Origin: Callorhinchus milii | Taxonomy: Eukaryota | NCBI RefSeq assembly: GCF_018977255.1 | Contig: NW_024704743.1 | Coordinates: 30,506,001 to 30,570,000 of the forward strand | Length of the DNA stretch: 64,000 nt | Direction of reading: 5' to 3' | In this document: one piece after another, positions 24,321 through 37,371 of the stretch | Numbering within the stretch: position 1 is the stretch's first letter | Layout: every line of letters starts with the position of its first letter | Position numbers and translations under genes: made by a program | The notes under the pieces: generated by a model | Databases searched by the model: none | Told to the model about the DNA's origin: nothing | What the model saw: the letters and a program-made list of their open reading frames with translations, nothing else

Positions 24321-26617
24321 AATACTTCAATATACCCATTTCCAAAACCTGTGTGATGTTGCCCATTTCCTCAGGATGTTTGATGACTGCAGGGTGTCTG
24401 AAGTTGAAGCTAAGTCAGATTATTCACTACAGGAGTAATCTTGAAACAAAGCCATAATAGATGATGGCAACTTTATACTGCAGAGAGGTTTCTGTTAGAA
24501 AAGAGTTCACTGACCTGCTCTGGGGTTGATGCCTCTTCAGGAGTGAAGAAAAACACCCAAACATTTTGATTCCTACTGGTGTGTTATTAGATGCTATCGT
24601 ACTGGAACTGGAATGGGGCTGAAATCCAATCCCCCAACACTTAGAACAACTAATGGTATCTCATCTTGAATATTTCTTGAACATCTACTCAGAGTGCAAT
24701 TGCAAGTCAGTGCTGGTTTTGGATTATGTAGCCCACAATGTTCTGTGTAGCCACACAAATTTGGGTCCACCATCTTCTGATCCTTATAATTCTCTAAAAG
24801 CATAAATCTCATCGTAAAGACATCAGAAAAAGATTGCCATCTTTAGTGATAGATAGACAACATGATAAACCCCAAATGCAATGCTTTTAACATGCTGGTA
24901 ATTCAGGTCAAAACTTCCCAAATCATCTTTTCCAGAGTTGGGAGCAGAAAACATCCACATTCGGGATTCTGGCCTCTGAATCACGTGATTGCAGCATGGC
25001 TTAGTGGCCACATGCTGACAGCATGGTTTAAGCATACAGCTTGCTCAGAAACACAATAGCCCCTCTACTATTGAGCTGTTGAGGGACGAGCTTCATCTTC
25101 AATAACAAGTTAAATTTGATTATAAAACTCTTTTTAAAAATTACCCCATTTTCCAGTTATTTTTCTCTCCCCTTGTCGGTTCCCACACTCCCTGCTCCAT
25201 TCCCTGGCTGAGAGGGCAAGAAGGCAACCAGCTCACAGGACTCTGCCAACAGAGCTCTGTAGCTAGTTGCTAGGAGTTGCACAAGAGGACTTGAGTCAAC
25301 TTGCTGTTCACTTTTCCCTCCATTTGTGTGTGGGGAAGCAACTTGCACCTTCTCAGCATCTTTCCTGACTTGCCCGTCCCAGCTTAATTTAATAAGCCAG
25401 CATTCAAAGACAAAAGCTATCCCTTTTTCTGCATTCTTTTATAATTCTTCATTTTAAACGACAAGGCAGTCCAACTCTTTCCCCGTCATGCGTCCATGGC
25501 TTGTGCATTTCTGGCTCGGCAGCACTATTCTCCCTAAGGATATTTTCTACAAGATCCTCAGTCACACGCAAACATCATCTCCCTAGATTTGGCAGCTCTG
25601 AATTATAAACGCACACCACACTCGCACAGATGGACAGGCAGGCCTTTGTGGCAGTGAGCCCCTTTCAAGCAAATGCATACAACCCATGAAGAGAGTGCTC
25701 CAGTCATTAGATGGAGCTTTAGTGCATTCTGTGCTTATCAGTCTCCAGACAAGGCACACAATAGCCTTAATACCATTACTGCTGGGACAACATTTGAGTA
25801 GAGCCCAGGAACCCCTACAACTAGGAAGTAAACTAAAGAATGAGTTTAAAAGCCTGGGTAAAGACTTCAGCAAACAGCGATAAGGGCCGTCTGAGAGAAG
25901 AATCAGGGCAGCTGCAGCTGAAACCTTGCTACCTTACTGGGGTTGCCCAGCAACAAGACATCCATCCCCATAGACCTCAATTCACAATTGAGGTCTGATT
26001 GCAGGCTTTAAAGGCCTGTGTCATCCCACTGGCTGTCTGGGTGTTTATTTGCTCTTTGGAAAAGAAAGCAGGCAGCGTTTGTAGTCATTTCTAAAATTAA
26101 AACATTTGTAGGTAAACTAAATGCCTCTTCAATAAAGTAATAAATAATAAAATTGTCAGTCCTGAAATCTGCTAACAGATGAATTGTGTGCACTGAGCTC
26201 TGGTAGTGAGCTTCAAAGGGATTTATCAATTTCAATCCATCTCAAATGTCTAAAAATTTGGTTATTCATAAATATTTTGCATTTGGCTCAACTTCAACTC
26301 AAAATGGTCTGTCCTTTAACAATGAGAACATGGATTTGTGCAAGGGGAAGATTTGGTAGTCTGTGTCTGAGCTGTGCATGCTTCATTGTGTTGTAGCAAC
26401 TGCATGCCAAAATATGTCTGGCGACTCATTTTTGCTGAATGCTGGATAGAAAGTAGTTCAAAAATGGTAGTCTAGAAATGCACTGTGTAAACTCACACAG
26501 TGAAGGGGGGGAAAGGTGGCTGATTTTCCCCTTCCTAAGCAGAAGTGGGTTGAGTCGGGGAGAGCCAGGACACAGTGGGAAATGGGTTTCGCTCACTCCA
26601 AGGCCCCCTTGTTGAGA

Positions 26618-26888
26618 TTGTCTGTGTGTCTCTCTCTGTATCTGTGTGTCTCTCTCCGTGTCTGTGAGTATATGTGTCTCTCTCTGTGTCTGTGGGAGTG
26701 TCTCTGTGAGTGTGTGTGTGTCTCTCTCTCTCTAACTGTGAGTGTGTGCGTCTCTGTCTCTCTGTGACTCTGAGTCTCTCTGTGTCTGTGAGTTGTGTGG
26801 CTCTCTGTATCTGTGAGTGTGTGTCTGCGAGTGTGTGTGTTTCTCCCTCTCTTTATGTGAGTGTATGTCTCTCTCTGTGTCTGTGTGC
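26618..26888. repeat. Compound (TG)n/(TC)n microsatellite
   Basis: Direct reading. Confidence 0.95.
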
Positions 26889-27854
26889 AGTAGTGGTCCA
26901 GAGAGGCAGGAGATGGTGACCTTCTGAAGTCTGCAGTTAGGACACTGGCGAGTTTGGGGAACAATGTTGGTGTTTGGCGGATCTCCAGGGCTTAAAATGT
27001 AGTGTGGGGTGAAAACAGATCATTCTATCCTTTGGGCCTGCGCTGGTGTTATTTCCCCCACCCCCTCCCCCAGGTTTTGTTAAAGGGGTTATTAATCATT
27101 ATTTCTGTGTTATTTCTTCATGTTTAGTTTTTATCAACAAAGCAAAAAAATGAAAGTTGGCAGTAAAATGTACCTCTGAATAGAACCAATCAGCTCCCCA
27201 CAATTTCTCCTGCAATTTGTCAATTTCCCATCCAATCTTCGGCAAATACTTCCACAATTTTCTATTGGCCCAGCTTATGACTCTGGTCTATTTGACACAG
27301 TACTGCACTGAGGCACCAAGGGCTCCACTTGGTGCCTTTACCTAGTAAGCCACAAGGCGAGCAAATATTCTTTCCTAGGTATCAACTTCCTTGTATAGCA
27401 ATGGGAAAATAAAACTATTTGTGCTGAGCAATTTTTACTGACCTGGAAAGCATGGCAACTGAATAATGAAGTATGTTTAATAGTTTTTTTCAGCTGTGAT
27501 GCTGGAAAACCACTTCCAACACTTCAGGGAGGCAAAGTGCCATTCAGACAAGGCATCTGCCAATGCATCCTGAAGCCTTGTGTGCTGCTTTCAGAGCTAC
27601 CCACTGTGTGAAGTCTGCGCTCAGCTGGGACTCCCCAGAGGCAAGCGTAACCACATTCAAACTCACTCTTAAAAGCTGTTGTGCCTCAGAAACAGTTAGA
27701 TAGCTTTAAAGAACAGAAATGTGCTCTCCCTATGAACTGGCATTGGTAGTGAATTTTATTTTTAATGTACTTTAAACATTCTATCTGTGATCGATCTCAC
27801 ACGGATGCCTATGTTTACAAATTATGGGCTGGAAAAGGTGATTTCAGGACATGC

Positions 27855-28012
27855 TCCAGGAACTATTGGAGGTTGAGGCCAGAATAGGGAAATCATTCAA
27901 GACACAGCTTGATGCCGTAATGGAGGACAGGAATGGTGGGTATTCTGAAAAAATCAAATCAAATAGTCCGCAGGGCCTTCTTCATCCAAACCTCTCTTGT
28001 GACCTAATGTGA
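27855..28012 (+). mobile_element. CR1 3' end
   Basis: attcaagacacagcttgatgccgtaatgg...gggccttcttcatccaaacctctcttgtga, the reverse complement of the 42721-type terminus. Confidence 0.6.
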
Positions 28013-28900
28013 TTTGCTTTTAAAAAAATATTTTTCATTTTCGAGCTCTGATTATAAAAGCATCAAAACCACCACCCAAAACTGGTACGAGAGGCTCATT
28101 TTTGATACAAAAATCTAATAAAGTCTGCATTTAATAGCCACTAATTAAACATAAAAAATAAAATATTTAAGACTATAGCAACATATAACATACCATACCC
28201 TCCCCACCCCCCCGGCAACATGTACAACAATTTCATCGAAAAGCAGAGATGTCAAGACATGGGAATCCTGTAGTTTATTTGAATTTTATTTTTTTAAAAA
28301 GCAACATAATAAGACGTTAGCAGCAGCAGGCACGATCGGGAACATTACATGGTTACATGAATTCAATGTCATGCCCTTCTCCAGTTATAAACAAGGTGAA
28401 GTGTCTTGCAAGTTTACCTTGACATCCCCCATCGCTTCAACAGGAAAAGATAGTGCAGCTTCAATTACGGCTCTGTCAGGAAAAAGGCAGTGCAAGTGGA
28501 ATCAAATGATACTGTGCATCTGGGTAACCGCTGTGAGCTTAATGCGATTTCACAGAGGCACAATATGTTTCTGAAATCTGAATTCAAAAGGCTTTGCACA
28601 AATCTTTCTGACAATTGGTAAACTAATTGCCAGGGTAGACTGATCAGGGATAAAAGCACGTCCCAGCTCAGAAATTACAATCCAATTTCAATCGTTTCAA
28701 ATCGGCCTGGATTTGGGCTCCTACTTTCAGTTTGTGAATACTAGAATTCTCAGCTCTAAGAGAATTCAGATCATTAACTGACAAATAAAGCTAGTAATGA
28801 AGTTTTCACTGGTTCTGTTGACTTTACCAGTTTTAGTTTTAGTGATTTGGATTGAGGGCAACAGGCTGACGTCAATACAAACAAAACTGAACCAAGTACT

Positions 28901-29035
28901 TAATAATAATAATAATCCTTGAATTTATTATAGCGCCTTATCACGTTTCAAAGCGCTTCACAGGACATATTGTAAAGTGGATTCACTGTGTATTTTGTGG
29001 GTGAAGGGCGGCAGCCAATTGCATATAGCAGTGAC
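28901..29035 (-). mobile_element. Family A/B SINE 3' fragment
   Basis: (AAT)n-ccttgaattt...aagcgcttcacagg...cagccaattgc. Confidence 0.85.
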
Positions 29036-29150
29036 AGAAATGACCATTCCTTGCACACAGAATTACTCTGAAAAGTGTTGACTACACAAAGTGATTTCAT
29101 CGATTATTTCAACCGGAGAAAGTCCCTTCATGTAGGTTTCATTCATGGGC

Positions 29151-29459
29151 AGGGCGAAACCTTAGGCACATTTTCTTACTCAACAAGCCTCTGTTTACTC
29201 GATTGGCGGATTGCTTCCAAATAATTGATAATTATTGCAGTAATAATCCTTCCAAAAAATAAATAAATAATTTGGTTTCTTAATCCACGACTGTTTGTGG
29301 GACACTACAGTGCACAATTGGCTACCACGTTTTGCCCACAAAATATACAGTCAATTCACGTTTTAGTATATTCTGGGAAATGCTTTGAGACGTCTCAATG
29401 GCATGATAAGGCGCTATATCAAATAAAAGGATTATTATTATTATTTTTATTATTATTAT
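29151..29459 (+). mobile_element. Family A SINE, head truncated
   Basis: agggcgaaaccttaggc...tttcttactc...gcctctgtttac through to the (ATT)n tail. Confidence 0.9.
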
Positions 29460-30113
29460 CCTATATACATCCTTCTTCATTATTGAAATAAAGGTAACAG
29501 CGTAGAACACATCTGCTCTTGAAACCAATCTAAGTGGGAATGAAAGAGTGAAAGAAGGAAGGGAAAGGTTACATTGTGCCTTGTAAAAAAAAATTAATTG
29601 GGAGCAAATTAGCAGTAAAATAGAGGTAGTTATTTCTGGGCAGATGTTCCCATTTGATAGACTCCAAGGAGTGAAACCATTTAGCATATGGATTGCATAG
29701 CACTGGGTACAGTGAATTCTACACATTGGTGAGGGTCTCCTGTTTAGGTATGTGATGCTCACTGAATTTACTCGCTTCAAAATTAATAATGCTCAAACAG
29801 GACACACTTGCTTATGTGCTCAATTTAGCTTGGGACAAACCCAAACCAGGTTTGAGAAGGGAAGGAGAGACTGTATTGGGCCCTGCCCACTACAAATTTG
29901 TCCTATCTTCTTGAGAGGGTGGGAGAGGCATGCTTGCAGTTAGGGAGGTTCTGGTGGCAGAAGTATTGGCCATTGTTGTGGTATTTGGATAAAAAAGTGA
30001 AACAGAAACAAGCATACAAAACTCAACTTATAAAGATCTGATTGACTTATGCTAATAAAACAAGGGTTCCTGAATGGAGGAATGTGATCTAGATCCAATA
30101 TTACAGATGACTT

Positions 30114-30420
30114 TGTCAACCTGGTTCCGGTGGTAGTACTCTTGCCTCTGTGTCAGGTTCAAGCCCCATGTTAGGACATTAAGCTCCAATAAATTGTCAG
30201 AGTGGCCACCTATCAGATGAAACATTAAGCTAAGATCTCATATGCCTGTTCAGGTGGCCATTAAAGAATCCAGTGAGACTATATGAGAAGAGAGTTTGTC
30301 CCAGTCTCCTGGCCAACTTCACGGCTGTTTGCCTACAAAACAGTCACTACACTTGACAATAATTAGTGTGAAGCACTTTGAGACACTTCAACATTACAAG
30401 ACAAGATAGAAAACATCAGT
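30114..30420 (+). mobile_element. Deu-domain SINE (family B)
   Basis: ggtggtagtactcttgcctctgtgtcagg...gcctgttcaggtgg...cccagtctcctggccaac. Confidence 0.7.
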
Positions 30421-30574
30421 TTCTTTCAATCCTGTGGACTTTCCATGTGTTGACTACAGTTCTATAAGTGGACCTCAACTGAATATGTTTGGGAACCCCT
30501 GTACAGGAAAGGGTGGAGGGTTACCAGAATTCCACTATTTAAGAAACAAATGAATCCTTGCCTTTAAACAAATG

Positions 30575-30925
30575 TATTCGAGCCTCACATGAGGACTTTG
30601 AACTCACAGTCCAGGCTAACACTCCAAGGACATGCTGGCGAAGGTTAAACTGAGTTTAAACGAGGTCCCATCTGCCTGTTCAGGTGGATGTTATAGATCC
30701 CATGGTAATATTTGAAAAGAGAAGGGAGTTTCTCCCAGTGACCTGGTCAACAATCACCCACATAAAATTGGTCACTCATTTCATGGCTGTGTGTGGGGAG
30801 TTACTGTGCACAAATCGGCTGCTGTGTTCAGCCACAAATACACAGTCATTGCATTCCACAATAAGATCCTGTGAAGCACTTTGGATTGTCTTGATGATAA
30901 ACTGCCAAATACAAAGATTGTAATA
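30575..30925 (+). mobile_element. Deu-domain SINE (family B)
   Basis: ttaaacgaggtcccatctgcctgttcaggtggatgttatagatcccatgg...gaagggagtttctcccagtg. Confidence 0.8.
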
Positions 30926-31759
30926 TTATATATATAGATTGTCAGAAATTCTTTATAGATATGTAGATTTATGGACTGATTTTCCATTTGATATTTTCCC
31001 TTCTCAATCACTTCCACCCCCACAGTAACAGAGATCTGCCTGCACTGAATACTTCATTTAAACCACTGCGGAGTTCAGCAGATGTCCTGCAATCGCTTAC
31101 ACATGGAAGGTACCTCCTGCCATTTGAAATACACCAGACGTGTTTCAAAAAGAAATGAAATGATAAAATGGAAATGAAGATCAAAGTTGAAGTCATTATT
31201 CAGCAAACTGCTGAAACCGTGGAAAGAAAGTGTTGAATTTGAGAAAAGAAAAGGTGAACCACTTCAAGCTGCCAAGCCCGGTTATGAAGCACAAGTGCAA
31301 CTTCCCGAAGCAGTGTCAACAACACTATATAAAAAAAAACACGTAAAAGGAAACTGTTCTGCTTATGTGAAAATAAAGAGATGGGAAGAATACTGAATAG
31401 GAATGTGGTGACAATAGCTTAGCTATGAAACAAGCTTGTCCATACAATTAGAATTATGCTTACATTGTGCCTATAGTTTCAATATCATCTAATATTTGAG
31501 TGTCAGGCTAACTCTCTTGGTAGCACTCTCACCTCTTGATTTGCAAAGCAGTGGGTTCAAGCCTTTGAGTTCACAGTCTAGGCTGACACTCAAGTTAGTG
31601 CTGGGATGCATTGCATTGTTGGATGCAACAATGTTGGAGGTACTATCCGTTCTATTGCCAGGCTTTCAGCTGAAGAATAATGACTTAGGTAAGGTACAAG
31701 AGGCCCATCAGCACTGCAAACCATAACAATACCAACCCGGCTGCTCTCTTTGCTTAATG

Positions 31760-32052
31760 AGTACTGGCCTGCTTAGTGTTCCCTACCCCATCCGCCCCAC
31801 CACTGGCGAGCTGGCTTTCAGGCATTCAGTCCCTACTCTCTGGAACTTCATCCCGGAGTCCCTCTGACTTGTTCGCTCCTTCCCATCATTCAAGACCTGT
31901 CTCAAAACCTGCCTCTTTGACCGTGCTTTCTGTCACCTTTTTCCTCCCTACCCCTTCAACTTCCACCCCCAGCTCAGGTGCCCAGACAGCAGCGTCAAGT
32001 GCTTTCAAACATCCACTCAAAGTGAAGAGCGATACATAATTGTCGATTGTAT
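31760..32052 (+). mobile_element. L2 3' fragment
   Basis: ctctctggaac...ttcaagacctgtctcaaaacctgcctctttgaccgtgctttc, homologous to 3350-3660. Confidence 0.7.
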
Positions 32053-32269
32053 TGGAAACTGTTCCCCAACAATCTATTGGAATTCATTATTCAATTACTT
32101 AAAATTTCACAAGGCAGAAATCGCAATTTGCGCAACAAGTGCAGTTGCACGCAGGATAAAAAAAAGTTACCAATATTGAGTTATATTGATCTCCTTTAAT
32201 CTCTCATATTGCAGCCATCTAATTAAGAAAAATTATGTACGTTTCATTGGGGTGAAAAAACAGTACGCG

Positions 32270-32403
32270 TTCCCTGCCTGGCTACAAAAATCCACCTTCC
32301 CAAAACACAGTCACTCCACTTTACAGTATATCCCATAAAGCATTCTGAGATGTCCTTCTGTTGTGAGAAGCATTTTACCAAATGTAAGGATTATTATTAT
32401 TAT
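32270..32403 (+). mobile_element. SINE 3' fragment (family A/B tail)
   Basis: cagtcactccactttacagtata...aaatgtaaggattattattatt. Confidence 0.8.
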
Positions 32404-33184
32404 AAAAATGTGAGGATAACTCAAAGTGTTTTAGTCTACAGGTGAAGACAATCACGTTAACTTTTACTGTCTTTGTCATTTCTGATCCTTTACATTTTTC
32501 TTTCTTCAGGGTTCAGTGAGCAGCAGCTGTAAGGTTTGACAAACAACAATGTCAGGCTGCATTGTGCAGGTATTTGTCTTGTGCAGAAGAGCTGAACCCA
32601 AACAATTAATGGGCTGTGCGGGCACATAAATTTACTAAAAACTGAAAGAGCAGAGCCCATCACTCATTGCTAATCCTCTTTAATCTTCACATCTTTCAAA
32701 AAAATGATCTATAAAAATATTAGTTTTGGACCAAATCTTTTTTTGACGAAAAAGTGGAATCGGTCCATTTTATTGTGAAAGAATGCAAAGTAAAAAAAAA
32801 GCTTCAATTCTGTTACATTAAAAAACTTTTCTTCCTAAAGTCTATTTCTGGGTTACTGCTAATGTCCACAGGATTAGGGAGCAGTTTGAATGCTTGGATT
32901 CCTGATCTGATCCAAGTCAAGCCCATTAAATTCAGAAACAATGCCAACACTCTCAAATCGTTACTTCCTCAACAGCAAAATGTTTCCTGCCAACAAATGT
33001 CTGTGGAATTCCACCATTTGAAAAAAAATCAAAAGTTATCCAAGTCTTAGCCCAGCAAGCCAAAAAGTTGGAATAATCTTGGATTTCTGGCCTAGATTTT
33101 CATTCGCCTTCGAAACCAGGGTTGGAGGCCACAGGTTTGCTTTGTTTGGCATCTCATTTTATGCACTGAAATACAGCTGATGAA

Positions 33185-33541
33185 ATAAATAATAATAATC
33201 CTTGCATTTGATATATCGATTTATAATGTTTTCGAGGCATCTCAAATCGCTTCACAGAGTATACTGTAAAGTGAATTGAATGTATATTTTGTGAGCAAAA
33301 CGCAGCAGCCAATTGCGCACATCAGTGTAATATTATAATAAATAATATTTATTATTATTTTTTGAAGGAATTATTACCCCCGGAAAGTAATCCACCAATT
33401 GACTAACAAATGGGTTTCTGCATACTGCTGGGTAAGCAGAGGCGTGTGGAGTAAGGAAACTTGCCTTTCACCCTGCCGGGAATCGCACCCAGGTCTCCCA
33501 CTCGTGAGGCGAGTGCTCTAACCGCTGAGCTACAGGACTCC
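33185..33541 (-). mobile_element. Near full-length family A SINE with tRNA-like head
   Basis: Minus strand begins ggagtcctgtagctcagcggttagagcactcgcctcacgagtgggagacctgggtgcgattccc (A-box and B-box-like). Confidence 0.92.
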
Positions 33542-33872
33542 ACAATACCTCAAATGCCTCTAAATTTGTGCTTTGCTGAAATTTGCAATGCACAGAAACA
33601 GTGGAAAAAGAGGGACAAACACCTGATAAGTCTCAATCAGGGGAAAAAAAANCACCTTAAGGTGGGTATTCTATGTCCTTCAGAGAGGTTAGGTTATGTA
33701 GAGGTTAACCATAGTCTCTGTTTCAGCTGTTCTAAAACTATTCGGATCCTGCAAATGTTTACATTTTCACGGCAATCCTTTCTGGATTTTGTGAATGTGG
33801 AATTTGTTATTCACCAGCTTAAAATTTCTCAAGTTAGAAATTGCTATCAACACAATTTCCAGTTTACAAATA

Positions 33873-34297
33873 TTAATAATGATCCTTTTATTTGATATAG
33901 TGCTTTACACAACAAAAGGATGTCTCCACGTGCTTCATGGGATTTACTGTAAAATGGATCGCCTGTGTATTTTATAAGTGAATGTCACAGTCAATTGGCA
34001 CACAAACAGCCTTGAAGTAATAAACTAATTTTATTGGAGGATTGTTGTCCAGGACACCAAGAAAACTCCCTTCTTGTTCTGACTAGCGCCAAGGGATCTT
34101 TTCCATCCACCTGAACAAGCAAATGGGACCTTGGTTTAATGTGTCATCTGCAGGGTGGCACCTCCAACAATGCAGCACACCCCCGGTACTGTAATGGAGG
34201 GTCAGCCTAGACTACGAGTTCATAATCCCAATATGGCATTTGAAACTCACAGCCTTTTTGCCTCTTTAGAGTGCTAACAACTCAGCTAGGCTGACAT
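33873..34297 (-). mobile_element. Deu-domain SINE (family B), near full length
   Basis: gggatcttttccatccacctgaacaagcaaatgggaccttggtttaatgtgtcatctg...ggcacctccaacaatgcagcac. Confidence 0.85.
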
Positions 34298-34330
34298 CTT
34301 GCAAGTTAGACCCAAACAGCCTGAATGCAC

Positions 34331-34503
34331 AATAATAATAATAATCCTTGCATTTGATACAGCGCTTTTTCACGTCTTCTAGATGTCTCAAAGCGCTTCA
34401 CAAAATATACTGTAAAGTGAATTGACTGTATATTTGTGGGTGAAACGCAGCAGTCAATTGCGCACAGCAGTGTCCCACAATCGTGGATTGAAGTGACCAA
34501 TTT
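34331..34503 (-). mobile_element. Family A SINE 3' half
   Basis: Colinear with the other family A copies. Confidence 0.9.
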
Positions 34504-35585
34504 AATAGATAAAATAAATAAAACAAGAGTAGTTTCTAAGATTAAACAATATTGATCTCATTTAATCTCTCATGTTGCAGCAATATAAATGATAACCTCC
34601 ATTGTACAGAATATAATTCATCAATTCTAATCCAGTGCATTAAGCAATGAATTAGCGGCCACTACTTTATGCATAGACATTTGCAAGGTGGGTCTGGAAT
34701 TCCAGATAATGTCCATCATCAGGTAAATCATTAAACACTAAAGTAACTATTATTGAACATGTAGGGCCGCAGGTAAGATCAGCTACCCTGTTGTCCCCAA
34801 ACCTCACATTTTTAGTAACTCTAGTTATGCTTTTATTGGGAATAAATTGTACCATATTGTTTTAAACAGGTTATACTCAACACTACTAAGTGAGAGAACA
34901 AACCTGGTTTTGATGTCCCCAGTGGCCTTGCAAACATCCAGCATTTGGGCTCGCCTAACAAAAGACCGCTTGGATGACCAGAGGTCTCGTGGCACTCCTA
35001 GAGTTGAGTGGCGCCTCCAACAATGCAGCACACCCCCAGTACTGTATTGGAGGGTCAGCCTAGACTACGAGTTCAAAGTCTCAATGTGGTTGGAGTGTAG
35101 TCCTAAATCATTGGATTTAAGAAACAAATAACTTTAAAGATAGCAAAACATACAGCACTCACTTCTTAAACTGACATTGTTGAATTAATCTTGTATTTGT
35201 TCTCTTGTCAAATTGGCTAAACAAAGGCCTGGCTTCTTTTATGTTCAGATACAGCAACTCACTCTATTGAAGTACATCCGTAAATTTCCTGTTCCCTGTA
35301 AATGTGCCAGAACATTAGGAATGAATGTTATCAATGGAGCAATTTGTAAAATCCATGTGAATGAGAACATCTTCCCCTATCAAGTTAATTATAAACCATG
35401 CTCATCAGGATAATCCTGTGAGATAAACAGATAATCACTGAAAGATTATGGTCTTACCGTCACAAGGAAAGCATCACAAAGACAGTTCTGGGGCATGATC
35501 ATGTCGGATTGTATCATAATCACTTTATCGCTCAACTACACTTTACACTCGTACACTTCATTCTACATTAGTAACTATAATGATA

Positions 35586-35757
35586 AATAATAATCCGTCT
35601 ATTTAGAATAGTGCCTTATCATCCTCTCCCGAGATGTCTCAAAGTGCTTCACAGGATATACTGTAAAGTAATGTGATTGTGTGTGTTTTGTGGGTGAACT
35701 TGTCAGCCAATTTGCACACAGAAATGTCCCACAAACAGCCATGTGAGTGACCAAATA
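35586..35757 (-). mobile_element. SINE 3' module (family B type)
   Basis: gtcccacaaacagccatgtgagtgaccaa. Confidence 0.8.
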
Positions 35758-36673
35758 TTTGATCCAAGTCTATCTAATTCAAATTCTGATCTACAGAATT
35801 CTGTCATACAAAGGACTAAACCTCGCATGCACTAGTGTGCTGTTTTCTATTTCCCATACTAGCCGTCATATGTTCACTGTGAGTCACCATCGACAATTTA
35901 GTTGCAAAAGGGTCTAAAGTGCAGTTGTAGCAGAATTTGTAAATACTGAATCGTGCGGATAAGGGAAGTCTGTCACATCGATGTGTGGAAACTTGGCTCT
36001 GACATGTATGGGCATGTATGAAGGAAATGGGGTGACTAGCAATCTATCTCCTCAGTTGAGTTTTATTGGAGGCCATGTTCCAATATTTATAGCAGTGAAT
36101 GGAGTGACTGTCCAAAAAATATGATTCCCTTCTTCTAATGTAATCAACATGGACTTGTTTAACAATATTCACAATGTTAACTTGCTGTTATGGAAATATA
36201 CATTTTCAGTTTTGTGCTCTTCAAAATGAGGAAAGGCAGATTTGGGGAATTAAAATCATTCTGCACATTTTTCAACCAGCATCAAGCGCTTAACAGATCT
36301 GATATCACACAGGACAGATAAAGAGTAAAGCTCCTCTTATGCTTTGTTTGTATTTACAAACAAGAGTTACTTTGTGACTAAGCAACACCATGGTAATGTT
36401 TTTAATCCCTTCTTATGGTACAAATGGGGCTCGTGCCTCTGCATGCTCAATGCCATACTCTGAATGTTATAATATTTACACTGTCCAACAGTACACTTCA
36501 ATCACAAGCTCAGAAGAGTACCCAGATGGCTCAGATCAGTTGACGTCAATATTTCCAATACCTGACGGTTTGTACTTTCTCTGAATATGATTGCCAATTT
36601 GGACTGCACTTCAGGTCAGTTTGAGCTGTAAACGTGAGACAAATCAGGACAGGATTCAAACTGACAACTAATT

Positions 36674-36999
36674 TAATAATAATAATAATAATAATCCTTG
36701 CATTTTATATAGCGCTTTTCACGTCGGGAGGACGTCCCAAAGCGCTTCACAGAATATACTGTAAAGTGAATTGACTGTATATTTGAGGGCGCACGCGGCA
36801 GCCAATTGCGCACAGCAATGTCCCACAAACAGTCGTAGATTGGAAATGACCAATTTATTATTGTTTTTGGTTTTGGAGGGATTATTATTAGGCTCTGTGT
36901 GGAGTAAGGAAACTTGCCCAAGGTTTCGCCCTGTCTGGACTTGAACTCAGGTCTCTCGCTTGCAAAGCGAGTGCTCTAACCACTGAGCTACAGGACTCC
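36674..36999 (-). mobile_element. Family A SINE with tRNA-like head and an internal deletion
   Basis: Head ggagtcctgtagctcagtggttagagcactcgctttgcaagcgagagacctgagttcaagtcc; the tail is nearly identical to the L2 3' end at 3608-3655. Confidence 0.92.
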
Positions 37000-37074
37000 A
37001 AATTTCACTTAGGACCTGCAGACCCAACAGAGAGAGAAGACTTTCATCCTATCAGTCAATGTAAAGTTGCTGCC

Positions 37075-37320
37075 TACTAAGTTAACCAAATTCTAGGTTG
37101 TATTGCGAGGGTGTTTGACTATAAGTCAAATGATGTTACTCTAACCTAATGTAAATCACTCATAGCCCATATTTGGAAATATTGTGTGAATTTTGAAGAA
37201 GCCTACCTTCAAGAGGATATTGAAAGAGGGTTAAAAAAGCAACAATAAATGTTTCAGGACTTCAAGCTAGGAGAGTTTCGCAGAGCTGATCTCGTCAGAA
37301 ACAAGTAGATTGAGGAAGAA
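37075..37320 (+). mobile_element. CR1 ORF2 C-terminal fragment
   Basis: Decayed NQILGCIARVFDYKSNDVTL...KSL..P.LEY-like reading. Confidence 0.6.
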
Positions 37321-37371
37321 GCAGATAGCTGAAAGCCGGAGTTATTTTCCTCACCTTATCTGCCTTAGGCA

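Noticed and set aside
26516..26964. ORFs rich in C/V/S/L or T/H/R/E (also at 47020 and 57061-57840)
   Set aside because: They are translations of microsatellites
32490..32580. Strong plus-strand acceptor (ttttctttcttcag) followed by CAG|GTATTT; a similar acceptor lies near 46847
   Set aside because: Stops in all frames and a weak or absent donor, so it cannot be distinguished from chance
33468..33541. tRNA-like sequences here and at 36930-36999 and 52796-52865, with CAC or TGC anticodon-like loops
   Set aside because: They are SINE heads: there is no acceptor stem and each runs directly into the SINE body. The apparent compensatory stem change is explained by CpG decay
9979..33652. Single N bases at 9979 and 33652 after A-runs
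   Set aside because: Sequencing or assembly ambiguity at homopolymers, not biology
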